The notes under the pieces: generated by a model
The model's input: the letters and a program-made list of their open reading frames with translations, nothing else
Told to the model about the DNA's origin: nothing
Databases searched by the model: none
Source of the DNA: Candidatus Omnitrophota bacterium
Lineage (GTDB): Bacteria; Ratteibacteria; UBA8468; MWAK01
Assembly (NCBI GenBank): GCA_043797665.1
Contig: JAZDPL010000065.1
Location: 1-64,000, forward strand
DNA length: 64,000 nucleotides
Direction: 5' to 3'
Part shown: piece after piece, positions 1 through 8,516 of the stretch
Layout: each line of letters starts with the position of its first letter
Position numbering within the stretch: position 1 is the first letter of the stretch
Program-made: the position numbers and the translations under genes

Positions 1-37
1 AAAAATAGTAGTGGTAAGAGAGAAAAATACTTTTTGT

Positions 38-104
38 TGTCATTCTGAGCCGCTTTTGCGAAGAATCCCTATTTTGAGATTCTTCACTGTCGTTCAGAAT
101 GACA
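38..104. repeat. TGTC-type palindromic repeat doublet (family A: TGTCATTCTGAG..CGAAGAATC)
   Basis: tgtcattctgagc...gcgaagaatcc followed by the inverted copy agattcttca...tcagaatgaca; the unit recurs more than 10 times in the window. Confidence 0.9.
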
Positions 105-160
105 GATGAATACAGTATTTTTAGGAAAACTTACCTGTTACTGAAAAAGAGGTATTTTTG

Positions 161-183
161 GTAGCCGCAGGTTTCAGCCTGCG
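161..183 (+). repeat. GTAG-tagged REP-like hairpin
   Basis: GTAG followed by the cgcagg...cctgcg hairpin. Confidence 0.55.
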
Positions 184-265
184 TTTTAAGTGCCCTTTCC
201 AATCCTATGGAAATGGTGCCCGTATTCCTGCAGGTTTTAAGCAGTCATCCCAGATGTGTTGTGTA

Positions 266-967
266 TTATGGGAGGAGACGGGTGGTGTTAGCCCGCGGGT
301 AGGCTCGCATCTGTTTGAACCCCTCCGCGTATTTTACCCCGCACTGGAGGCCCCGGTACTTCGCGACGGTTTCCATCATTTCCGTGATGGAATCACCGTA
401 CTGGTCTCTCATCCACAGGTCCTGGCTCTGGTGGCATAATAACATTTTCCTCTTGATTTTAAACGTTTCGGTGATGTCAACGTATATTTCCGGATTAAAG
501 TCTATTCCCAACACCGTGTCCATATAGTAGACGCAGGGCATTTTTTCGGCTGGCGGGAATTTCGTCTTGACGCTGGAGGCGGTTGACAAAAGGCTTACGT
601 CAGCAGCCATCTTCCCCGCGTAGACGTGGTCGGAGTGGTAGTCGTTGGAAGCGTGGACAATCATAAAGTCAGGTTTTACCTCCCTTACCAGGTCAATGAA
701 CTGATTCCGGTGTTCTTCCTTCTCAAAGAAGAAACCGTCCCGGAAGTTCATCCAGAGCAGTTTGGCGCCGATTATGGCGGCAGACTTTCCGGCTTCTTCT
801 AACCGTACCCTGGCAATCTCTTCCCGGGAAAGGGTGGGCGAACCGCAGCCACCCTCGGTTACGATTGCGATATAGACTTCATCTCCTCTTTGGGCGCACC
901 GGGCAAGAGTTCCCGCACACTGCATTTCAATGTCGTCCGGATGGGCGCCTACCGCCAATACTCTCAT
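266..967 (-). CDS. PIG-L/LmbE family deacetylase
   Basis: AHPDD and DYHSDH motifs; start moved to MRVLAV (967), whose ATG overlaps the tilS stop. Confidence 0.9.
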   Translation of the reverse strand: MRVLAVGAHPDDIEMQCAGTLARCAQRGDEVYIAIVTEGGCGSPTLSREEIARVRLEEAGKSAAIIGAKLLWMNFRDGFFFEKEEHRNQFIDLVREVKPDFMIVHASNDYHSDHVYAGKMAADVSLLSTASSVKTKFPPAEKMPCVYYMDTVLGIDFNPEIYVDITETFKIKRKMLLCHQSQDLWMRDQYGDSITEMMETVAKYRGLQCGVKYAEGFKQMRAYPRANTTRLLP

Positions 968-2019
968 TTTGTCTCTCCATTTAATAAAGATAGTGAAATA
1001 ACATTTTTTTCTGTTGAAATCAGAAGATTTTCTAAAAGTTGACAATGTTTTTTGGGTCCGGAAAGGAGGAAATGCCGGAGGGTTTCAACTTCTTCGTAGG
1101 TTGTTCGGTAGGATGTGCCGGAGAGGGTGCTGACCGCCTGCCGGATGACCTCGCGCTGAAGGGCAAGGGGCAGGGTAGAAAACTCTTTAAGTGGAAATTT
1201 TATTGAAGTGCCATAAACCTGTCCCAGCATGCTTAAGGCCGGGATGGCACCGCTACCTTGTGTTTTTTCTACGAAGGATGAAGCCTGATTAGAGATATAC
1301 TGGTAGTCTGCGCTCAGGATTTCAGTCAATCGGGACAGGGTTTCTTTGAACTTGGGGTTATACGAAGTGAGAAGGGGCAATAATTTATGCCGAATTTTGT
1401 TGCGCAGGTATTTATCTTCCCGGTTGGTGGAGTCGGTCATAAACCGGGATTTTTTGGTTTTGAGAAAACCCGTGATTTCTTCCCGGCTTACGGGAAGAAA
1501 AGGTCGCATGATATAAATTTTTGATTGTGGAGATAGGGGCCTGCCCCTGTATGCTGTAGACAGGGGACGACGGGGTTTTATTCCAGCCAGACCTTGCAGG
1601 CCGGTACCCCGGATGAGACGTAAAAGCACGGTTTCTGACTGGTCGTCCTGGTTGTGTCCGGTTGCGATAGAATGGCAGGAAAAGTGTTCGGCTGCCGAAG
1701 CGAGGAAGTTGTAGCGTACTTTACGTGAGGTCTCTTCAGAAGCGGTTGGTTTTAAGGAGACTTTTTTAGTCTGAATTGGTATCCGGTACTTATCGCACAG
1801 TTCCACGCAGAATTTACGGTCTTTTTCCGAACCTGGTCGCAGACCGTGGTCTAAATGGGCTGAAAAGAGGGTAAACTTTAGCCGGGAACGTAAGTTTCGC
1901 AGAATATGAAAGAGGCAGACCGAGTCGGGACCGCCGGAAAGGGCAAGCAGTACCCGGTCACCGGGTTTGATTAATTGGTGTTCGCGGATGTAATTTAAAA
2001 CTTTGCTTTCCAAGGTCAT
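964..2019 (-). CDS. tilS: tRNA(Ile)-lysidine synthetase, with in-frame repeat inserts
   Basis: SGGPDS PP-loop, HLDHGLR, GHNQDDQSET and RNKIRH motifs. Confidence 0.95.
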   Translation of the reverse strand: MTLESKVLNYIREHQLIKPGDRVLLALSGGPDSVCLFHILRNLRSRLKFTLFSAHLDHGLRPGSEKDRKFCVELCDKYRIPIQTKKVSLKPTASEETSRKVRYNFLASAAEHFSCHSIATGHNQDDQSETVLLRLIRGTGLQGLAGIKPRRPLSTAYRGRPLSPQSKIYIMRPFLPVSREEITGFLKTKKSRFMTDSTNREDKYLRNKIRHKLLPLLTSYNPKFKETLSRLTEILSADYQYISNQASSFVEKTQGSGAIPALSMLGQVYGTSIKFPLKEFSTLPLALQREVIRQAVSTLSGTSYRTTYEEVETLRHFLLSGPKKHCQLLENLLISTEKNVISLSLLNGETK

Positions 2020-2025
2020 TGTTTA

Positions 2026-2055
2026 AGAATAACATCGTTAGGAAAGGTAAGTCAA
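2026..2055 (-). promoter_or_regulatory. sigma70-type promoter of tilS, probably giving a leaderless mRNA
   Basis: TTGACT-18 bp-(TG)TATTCT, 6 nt before the ATG, with no Shine-Dalgarno sequence. Confidence 0.55.
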
Positions 2056-2112
2056 CTATTGACTTTTTGGGCTAAATGAGATAAAACTTAAAAGGAAAGA
2101 ATACATTCGTTA

Positions 2113-2227
2113 TAAATACTCAGTGAACGCTGTTAGCAAGGTAGGGGCTTGATTCATCAAGCCCGCGGGTCGGATGAATCCGACCCCTACATTTTTCACC
2201 TAACATAACGGGTTTACTGAATATTTA
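2113..2227. repeat. GTAG REP doublet (family B, 2141-2190) inside a larger inverted-repeat shell
   Basis: gtaggggcttgattcatcaagcccgcgggtcggatgaatccgacccctac flanked by taaatactcagtgaac...gtttactgaatattta; the same shell occurs at 48495-48614. Confidence 0.85.
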
Positions 2228-2252
2228 CCATTCATTACCTGATGGAGGAGAG

Positions 2253-3962
2253 ATGGGTGCAGAAAGATTGCCTTATGTGACAAAGGTGGAAGAAAAAGTA
2301 CCGGTGATCGGGGTCTTTGCGACCTGTGATCCCCGGGGTGACAAGCCTTCCCGCCAGAGAGCGACCAACATTATCGGAATGACTGCGGATGTCATCGCCA
2401 AATCGGTAAAGACTGTGGAAGGAAAACCAATAAAGGTTGTCTGGTCGCCGGTTCTGGTGGACGGTGAGGTTCAGGCAGACATCGTTGCCCGGCAGTTTAA
2501 GAAATTAGGTGTTGAAGTACTGGTATGCGTTCCGGATACCTGGGCTTTTCCCCAGTTAGGGTTAATCTCTCTTCTGAGCCATTTCCCTTCCGGTATACCG
2601 ATTAATCTGACCTGCGGTAACAGCGGTCCCAAGCCCGGTGTGGTCTTCACCCACGCGGCCAGCGGTGCAATTTCCCAGTCGGGTCGTCTTATCCACATTA
2701 ATGTCGGCACCTGGCCGGATACCGGTCTGAATCCCAGAATGACCGAGGGCACCGCGGAGGCGCTGGTTGACTGGTGCTATGCAGCAATTACCGCTACCGG
2801 ACTCAGGGGCAGGAGGGTGGTTATCTTTGGACACGATTCCATGGGTATGGAGACCGCCTTAGCCCATATCATTCCTACCCGAAAGGTCTTTGGTATTGAA
2901 ATTACCCGGTTAGATATGAAACTTCTGGCGGATATGCTCCGGAAGAAGTCCTACGACCAGAAAGAACTTAAAGCCTTACGGGTCTGGATTAACAGGCATG
3001 TCGGTAAAAGGTTGGAACTGAAATCCCAGGAAGACAGCGACCGGTTTGACGTCAGTTTAGCGATGTATCTTATCATCCGGGATTTGATGCAAGAACTGAA
3101 CGCGGTGGGCGGCGGGTTCATGAGCCAGTTGGAGTGGGGTTCGGACAACCGCGGAATACCTTTGCCGGTTGCCGACGTAATGGAATCTCTCTTCAACTCA
3201 AGTTTTGACCATAACGGCAGGAAGGTTCCGGTCCCTTACGCCACCGAAGCGGATGTCCAGGGTCTTTTGACGATGTTATTCTTTACCCACCTGACCGGCG
3301 GGAACCCGCCGCTCTTTATGGACTTCCGCAAGGTCTGGGAACCCTGGGAAATTAAGGAGTTGGCTAAAAAAATAGGCGTTAGACTTACGGGCAATACGTT
3401 ATGGGAAAAGAAAGGGTTTGTGGACGGCGATAATTCCGGAAGCGCCTCGTTTGACTGGGCGGCAATGCCCGGTGCCGGCGTAAAGGAGATAATGAACAGG
3501 ATAAGTCTGCCTCCGGCAGAACTTTACTACTTCCCGGGCGGAGGCAATTCGGTCAATTTCGTTACGCCGGAAGGGATTGAGGGTATCGCCGGAAGGATGG
3601 CCTATAGTTCCCTGAACAATATGTTTTCGTTAATCTGGGATGAAGCGGTAACCGTGGACCTGCCGGAAAAACTATCCGACGCGGTCTGTCACACCTCCAC
3701 GCCTACCTGGCCCCATACCTTTGTGGTACCCAAGTATGCGACTATGGCCGAATATAAACAGTACGCTCCGGCCAACCACTTCCATATGACCTGGGGACTA
3801 AAGCCATCCCGGCTCCAGTACTGGATGGACTTTACCAACGTCCTTTCGGTAACACCCTGGAGTAATCGGCCCGCGTTCATAGAAAAGTCTGACCGGCCCC
3901 TGCCGTTACTCTATCTTATCAACGGCGGAGAATTGGAAGCCAAAAAACTTCTCAGCAGATAG
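2253..3962 (+). CDS. fucI: L-fucose/D-arabinose isomerase family protein
   Basis: 569 aa; ATEAD, FMDFRKVW, NSGS, PTWP and ANH motifs; GGAGG RBS. Confidence 0.8.
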   Translation: MGAERLPYVTKVEEKVPVIGVFATCDPRGDKPSRQRATNIIGMTADVIAKSVKTVEGKPIKVVWSPVLVDGEVQADIVARQFKKLGVEVLVCVPDTWAFPQLGLISLLSHFPSGIPINLTCGNSGPKPGVVFTHAASGAISQSGRLIHINVGTWPDTGLNPRMTEGTAEALVDWCYAAITATGLRGRRVVIFGHDSMGMETALAHIIPTRKVFGIEITRLDMKLLADMLRKKSYDQKELKALRVWINRHVGKRLELKSQEDSDRFDVSLAMYLIIRDLMQELNAVGGGFMSQLEWGSDNRGIPLPVADVMESLFNSSFDHNGRKVPVPYATEADVQGLLTMLFFTHLTGGNPPLFMDFRKVWEPWEIKELAKKIGVRLTGNTLWEKKGFVDGDNSGSASFDWAAMPGAGVKEIMNRISLPPAELYYFPGGGNSVNFVTPEGIEGIAGRMAYSSLNNMFSLIWDEAVTVDLPEKLSDAVCHTSTPTWPHTFVVPKYATMAEYKQYAPANHFHMTWGLKPSRLQYWMDFTNVLSVTPWSNRPAFIEKSDRPLPLLYLINGGELEAKKLLSR

Positions 3963-3969
3963 ACGCATT

Positions 3970-3996
3970 TGTCATTCTGAGCGCAGCGAAGAATCT
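3970..3996 (+). repeat. family A repeat, single unit
   Basis: tgtcattctgagcgcagcgaagaatct, just after the isomerase stop. Confidence 0.85.
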
Positions 3997-4362
3997 CGCT
4001 TTATTATGCGGCAACCCCTTAAACACGGAATCAGCAGAAACGTCTTTGCTTTAGGATAGGTCAGCCTCTTCAATGACATCTCCTCGGAGATGCTCTACCC
4101 GATTCTGCCCATCTTTCTGACCGCTACCCTGAAGGCTCCGGTAACCGTCCTGGGACCGATTATCACCATCCTCCTTTTTAAGTCTGTAAACGACAACCTC
4201 CGGATAATTTTTTTATCTTGCTTTTGGTCTTGTCCGGCAGACTCGCTATCTCTGGTTCCTCTTTCCTCTTTACGGAGTTTATATGGTTTTGACCGAAGGG
4301 GTGGGTAAGGCGTATATTTCCAACCTGGTTCCTCGGGAGAGGATGGGGACGAGGATGGGGTT

Positions 4363-4506
4363 TTATCAGACAGCGTCCCGCCGTATGTCTTTCAGACCCA
4401 GGCGGAGTTTTACTCCTGTCCTGCCTGCCGGCGCATCTACTGGTCCGGCACCCACTGGGAACACATCAGGGAAACAATTTTGAGGATTCAGGAGTTGTCA
4501 TTCTGA
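4363..4506 (+). pseudogene. C-terminal remnant of a Mut7-C-type (PIN/Zn-ribbon) RNase; degraded upstream part at about 4000-4360
   Basis: An unannotated frame reads LSDSVPPYVFQTQAEFYSCPACRRIYWSGTHWEHI, matching the CPxC..IYW.G.H signature; no continuous frame upstream. Confidence 0.75.
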
Positions 4507-4638
4507 ACCCTTCGCTTCCTGCTCTTACCCATTCAAGGGTAAGGGGACCCGTATTCTGAGCGTAGCGAAGAATCTCGCTCAAGGGCAGGCTCCGTGAAGA
4601 ATCTAAAGGATAGATCCTTCGTTACACTCAGGATGACA
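4496..4638. repeat. nested composite repeat cluster
   Basis: Family A unit interrupted by cccttcgctt...cgctcaagggcaggc, a hairpin+GGGGACCCG unit and a second A unit, closed by an inverted A copy. Confidence 0.85.
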
Positions 4639-4645
4639 GGAGGGA

Positions 4646-5842
4646 TTAGGAAAGGATGAAGGAGACGATGCGTTTAGCTGGTTCCGGATGAGCCAGGCGT
4701 CGGGTTGCTTCAGCCATAGTACTTATCTTCTGCGGGTTGCCTGCCAGGGTTTTAATCTCTTTCGCTAAGTCTTCACCGGACAAGCCGGATTCTGTTTTTA
4801 AAATGCCGGCACCATTCTTAACTAAATAGTTTGCGTTCAGGGTCTGGTGGTCTTCTGCGGCAAAGGGATAAGGAGTCAGGATTGAGGGTAAGCCGAATGC
4901 GGTCAATTCCGCGATGGTAGTCGCACCAGACCGGCAAATAGCCAAGTCGGAAGCGGTATAGAGTAGTTCCATCTCCGAAAAGAAAGACCGGGTGTAATTC
5001 TGGAAATTTTTCTTTCGGTAGGTTTCTGAAACCAATTGATAGTCAATCGGTCCGGTGAGGTGAATAAACTGAACTTCATCCGGGGAAAGATAGTCAAGGC
5101 TTGCCAGAATTTTGAGGTTAATCTGGTGTGCACCCTGGCTCCCGCCCAGAACCAGAACCGTAAATTTCTCTTTTACCAGCCCCAGATTCAGTCTTAACTT
5201 TTCTTCCCCCTCTCCTTCATCCTCCCCCAATCTGACATTGGGGTCCCCGCCCTCAAGGGGGGAGGTAAGGTGGGGGTGTAAGTTACGAAATGGTCTTAAA
5301 GGATTGCCTGTCTCCAGAACTTTTTTTGTCCGCAGATAGTTCCGGCTCTCCGGAAAAGAAGTGAAGACTGCCCGGCACCGTGAGCTGAATATTCGGGTGG
5401 ATTTACCCGGCAAAAGGTTCTGCTCGCAGAAGTAGAGGGGAATACGCAGAATAACCGCAGACAGGGCAGGGGCAGCCGAGGCGTAACCACCCATTCCGAT
5501 AACCGCAACAGGCCGATGGCGTAAAAGGTAGCCGAAGGCAAAAAGAAAAGCCCGGATAGCCCGAAAGGGGAAGGAGACGAGGTCTCTTTTTCCGGAGGGG
5601 AGACGAACGACCGGAACCTCCTGAAAAGGGATGCCGGCCTTATAAAATTCGTTTTTCAGTTCCGGGATTGTTCTGCCGATGACCAGAGGTTTTATTCTCT
5701 GTGACCGGAACTCCAGAGCCAACGACAGGGCAGGGAAGAGGTGCCCGCCGGTGCCGCCGGCTGCAATTACCACCTTTCCCCTCTCCCGATTCAACGGGAA
5801 GGGTACCCGCCTTTGTAAAAGGGGGATTGAGGGGGATTTCAT
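4646..5842 (-). CDS. murG: Lipid II GlcNAc transferase MurG, with two in-frame repeat inserts
   Basis: GGTGGH, EQN, GNP, GGSQGA, RSGATT and HQTLNA motifs. Confidence 0.96.
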   Translation of the reverse strand: MKSPSIPLLQRRVPFPLNRERGKVVIAAGGTGGHLFPALSLALEFRSQRIKPLVIGRTIPELKNEFYKAGIPFQEVPVVRLPSGKRDLVSFPFRAIRAFLFAFGYLLRHRPVAVIGMGGYASAAPALSAVILRIPLYFCEQNLLPGKSTRIFSSRCRAVFTSFPESRNYLRTKKVLETGNPLRPFRNLHPHLTSPLEGGDPNVRLGEDEGEGEEKLRLNLGLVKEKFTVLVLGGSQGAHQINLKILASLDYLSPDEVQFIHLTGPIDYQLVSETYRKKNFQNYTRSFFSEMELLYTASDLAICRSGATTIAELTAFGLPSILTPYPFAAEDHQTLNANYLVKNGAGILKTESGLSGEDLAKEIKTLAGNPQKISTMAEATRRLAHPEPAKRIVSFILS

Positions 5843-6966
5843 ATCCGGAAATCCTCCGGCGGCAGGTTACGGGCTAAGTTGACCAGAAGCCCTCCGCTTA
5901 AGAGGGTAAAGACCAGGGAACTACCGCCGTAACTGATAAAAGGCAGGGTGATGCCCTTGGTTGGGAAGAGGCTTACCACAACGCCGATGTGGATAATCGC
6001 CTGTAAACCGATGAGACTGGTGATGCTTAACGCCAGAAATTTGTGGAACTGGTCGGTACTTTCTTTGCTTATCCGCAAGCCATACAGAATAATGAGGAGG
6101 AATAACCCAAGAAAAAATGTCGAGCCGAACAGACCCATTTCTTCCGCAATATTGGCAAAGATAAAGTCAGTGTGCGCCTCCGGTAAGAAAAAAAGTTTTT
6201 GTTTGCCCTGTCCTAAGCCAACTCCAAAGAGTCCTCCGCTGCCAACCCCGATTAAGGACTGGCTGATATGGTAAGAAGAGCCCAGAGGGTCCCGCCAGGG
6301 ATTAAGAAAAGAGAGGAAACGGGTCCGCCGGAAAGGAGAGAGAGCAATCATCAGGCTGCCAGCAAGGAGACAGGCTACTACCAGAAGGCCCAGGTACTTA
6401 AAGGGTACGTTAGCCACGTAGTAGAGGATAATGACCACGCCGGCTAAAAGGACCACGGTCCCTAAGTCTGGTTCGGCCAGAATCAAGCCCATTCCCAGTC
6501 CAATCAGGATACCGGGCGGAAGGAAGACCAGAAGGGGATTGCGAATCTTCTCTTTTTTCCTGGCCAGAAAGTCAGAAAGGTAGATTAGAATCGCAACCTT
6601 GGCGAATTCCGAGGGCTGGAAAGAGATTGGTCCAAAAGAGAACCAGCGCGTGGCACCATTGACCTCCTTTCCTACACGGAGCACCAAAAACAGAAGAACA
6701 AGTGAGAATAGAAGGGGAAGCCGCGCAAATTTTTCTATTTTTTTTAAAGGGAATATTTGCCCGATCAAAAAGGCGATTGTCCCCAGCAAAACCCAGACCA
6801 AATCTTTCTTTAAAAAGTAATACTGGTCGGAGAACCGCTGACCCGCAAAGGCAAAGGTGGTGTTGTAGACTATCACCACTCCCAGGCCGGTTAAGCCGAG
6901 AAACAGTAAAGAGAGTTTACGGTAAAGAGGCCACGGCTTTCTTAAAGATATTTCCCCGTTCAGCAT
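5839..6966 (-). CDS. ftsW: Peptidoglycan polymerase FtsW (start uncertain)
   Basis: GATRW, FQPSEFAK, EPDLGT, LPEAHTDF and LPFISYGGSS motifs; lies between murD and murG. Confidence 0.93.
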   Translation of the reverse strand: MLNGEISLRKPWPLYRKLSLLFLGLTGLGVVIVYNTTFAFAGQRFSDQYYFLKKDLVWVLLGTIAFLIGQIFPLKKIEKFARLPLLFSLVLLFLVLRVGKEVNGATRWFSFGPISFQPSEFAKVAILIYLSDFLARKKEKIRNPLLVFLPPGILIGLGMGLILAEPDLGTVVLLAGVVIILYYVANVPFKYLGLLVVACLLAGSLMIALSPFRRTRFLSFLNPWRDPLGSSYHISQSLIGVGSGGLFGVGLGQGKQKLFFLPEAHTDFIFANIAEEMGLFGSTFFLGLFLLIILYGLRISKESTDQFHKFLALSITSLIGLQAIIHIGVVVSLFPTKGITLPFISYGGSSLVFTLLSGGLLVNLARNLPPEDFRI

Positions 6967-8386
6967 AACTTTCAAACATATCGAAACTGGAACAGGCGGG
7001 TGACAGGAGAACCGTATCTCCGGAAACCGCCAGGCTATGTGCCAAAAGAACACCTTCCGGCAGACTGCTTACTTCTTTAATGTCACTGCTGCCGGCCAAC
7101 TCCTTCTTAATCCGGTCAGTCGCTTCGCCTAAAAGTATGAGTGCTTTCACCCTTTTTTTGAGCGCTGGTTTTAAAGGCAGGTATGAGCCGCCTTTGTCCT
7201 TTCCGCCCAGAATGAGGATGAGCCGTTTGGTCTTACTTTCCGGGAATGATTGCAGCGCCCGCAGGGTGGAGTCAACGTTAGTGGCTTTGGAATCGTCAAC
7301 ATATCTTATTCCTGATTTTTCCGCAACCAGTTCCATCCGGTGGTTGAGCGGCTGAAATTTTTTAATCGCCTCAACCATTGCCGGAGGTCTGGCACCAAAA
7401 CAATGGGCTGCCGCACAAACAGACAGGATATTCTCCTGGTTATGGATACCCCAGAGGCGACTTTTCGGGATGGTAAGGAGTTCTTCACCCGAGGGCAAAA
7501 ATATTGTTTTGTCATCAGTGCAGAAAAACTGCTTGAACCCGCAGGAATTTATACCCCCTGTTAATCCCAAACTGTAGGGGCTTGATTCATCAAGCCCGCG
7601 GGTCGGATAAATCCGACCCCTACATTTGTAGGATTTGTTGGGCTTGACGGGTATAGGATTTGTACGAGTGTAAAAGAAGGTTCTGGCTTTTATCCCGGTA
7701 GCCAGACTCCGACTCACCGGGTCATCGTAATTGATGACCGCAAAGTCTTCCGGGGTCTGGTTTTCAAAGATTCGTTTTTTAGCAGACAGGTAGGAGTCGA
7801 AGTCCGGATACCGGTCCAGATGGTCTGCGGTAACATTGAGGAGTACAGCGACCTTTGCTCTGAATTCAACAATCCATTCCAGCTGGAAACTGCTTACTTC
7901 CAGGACTACCGCTTCGGTTTGCGCAAGGTCTTCTACCACTGAGATGAAGGGCGTACCGATATTGCCCGCCAGGATAACTTTTTTACCGGCTGTTTTCAGG
8001 ATGTCGTAAAGCAGCGTAACCGCAGTACTCTTTCCGTTGGTACCGGTAATCGCTAAGATTGGTGCCGGGCAGAACCGGTAGGCTAATTCAATCTCGCTCC
8101 AGACCGGGATTCTGTTCTTGAGGGCAAACCGGACGGGAAAAGATTCCGGTGTGACTCCCGGGCTGGGAACTACCAGTTCTATGTCACCTAAAAACGTTTC
8201 TGAATGTTGACCTAATTCTACTTCTATCCCGGTACTCTCCAGAGATTTCTTCTTTTCACGCAGAGCAGGATTGTCGCCGGCTTCAGTCAGTCGGACCAGG
8301 GCGCCCTTTTTACCCAAAAAAAGCGCGGTTGCCTCCCCGCTTTTGCCCAGACCCACTACCAGTACCTTTTTACCGGACAGTTCCAC
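6917..8386 (-). CDS. murD: UDP-MurNAc-L-Ala:D-Glu ligase, with an in-frame repeat insert
   Basis: GLGKSG, TGTNGKST, EVSSFQL, DHLDRY, DSKATN and SPACSSFD motifs. Confidence 0.96.
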   Translation of the reverse strand: MELSGKKVLVVGLGKSGEATALFLGKKGALVRLTEAGDNPALREKKKSLESTGIEVELGQHSETFLGDIELVVPSPGVTPESFPVRFALKNRIPVWSEIELAYRFCPAPILAITGTNGKSTAVTLLYDILKTAGKKVILAGNIGTPFISVVEDLAQTEAVVLEVSSFQLEWIVEFRAKVAVLLNVTADHLDRYPDFDSYLSAKKRIFENQTPEDFAVINYDDPVSRSLATGIKARTFFYTRTNPIPVKPNKSYKCRGRIYPTRGLDESSPYSLGLTGGINSCGFKQFFCTDDKTIFLPSGEELLTIPKSRLWGIHNQENILSVCAAAHCFGARPPAMVEAIKKFQPLNHRMELVAEKSGIRYVDDSKATNVDSTLRALQSFPESKTKRLILILGGKDKGGSYLPLKPALKKRVKALILLGEATDRIKKELAGSSDIKEVSSLPEGVLLAHSLAVSGDTVLLSPACSSFDMFESYAERGNIFKKAVASLP

Positions 8387-8392
8387 GTTCTT

Positions 8393-8401
8393 ATTATATC
8401 A
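8393..8401 (-). promoter_or_regulatory. extended -10 promoter of murD, probably leaderless
   Basis: TGaTATAAT 6 nt before the GTG start. Confidence 0.55.
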
Positions 8402-8447
8402 TAATAGTTGGCTTTAGTTGTGGGTAAAGTGCTAAAATGACACAAAG

Positions 8448-8515
8448 TGTCATTCTGAGTGAAACGAAGAATCCGACGTTTTGTGTCATTGCGAGCGTAG
8501 TTCGCGTGGCAATCC
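8448..8515 (+). repeat. two TGTC-type repeats (family A and a TGTCATTGCGAG..GTGGCAATC variant)
   Basis: tgtcattctgagtgaaacgaagaatcc and tgtcattgcgagcgtagttcgcgtggcaatcc. Confidence 0.85.
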
Positions 8516-8516
8516 C

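Noticed and set aside
7546..7654. Intein or intron explanation for the inserts in murD, murG, tilS and the mannosidase
   Set aside because: They are too short, lack intein Cys/His-Asn ends or intron cores, and mostly match repeats found elsewhere in the window.
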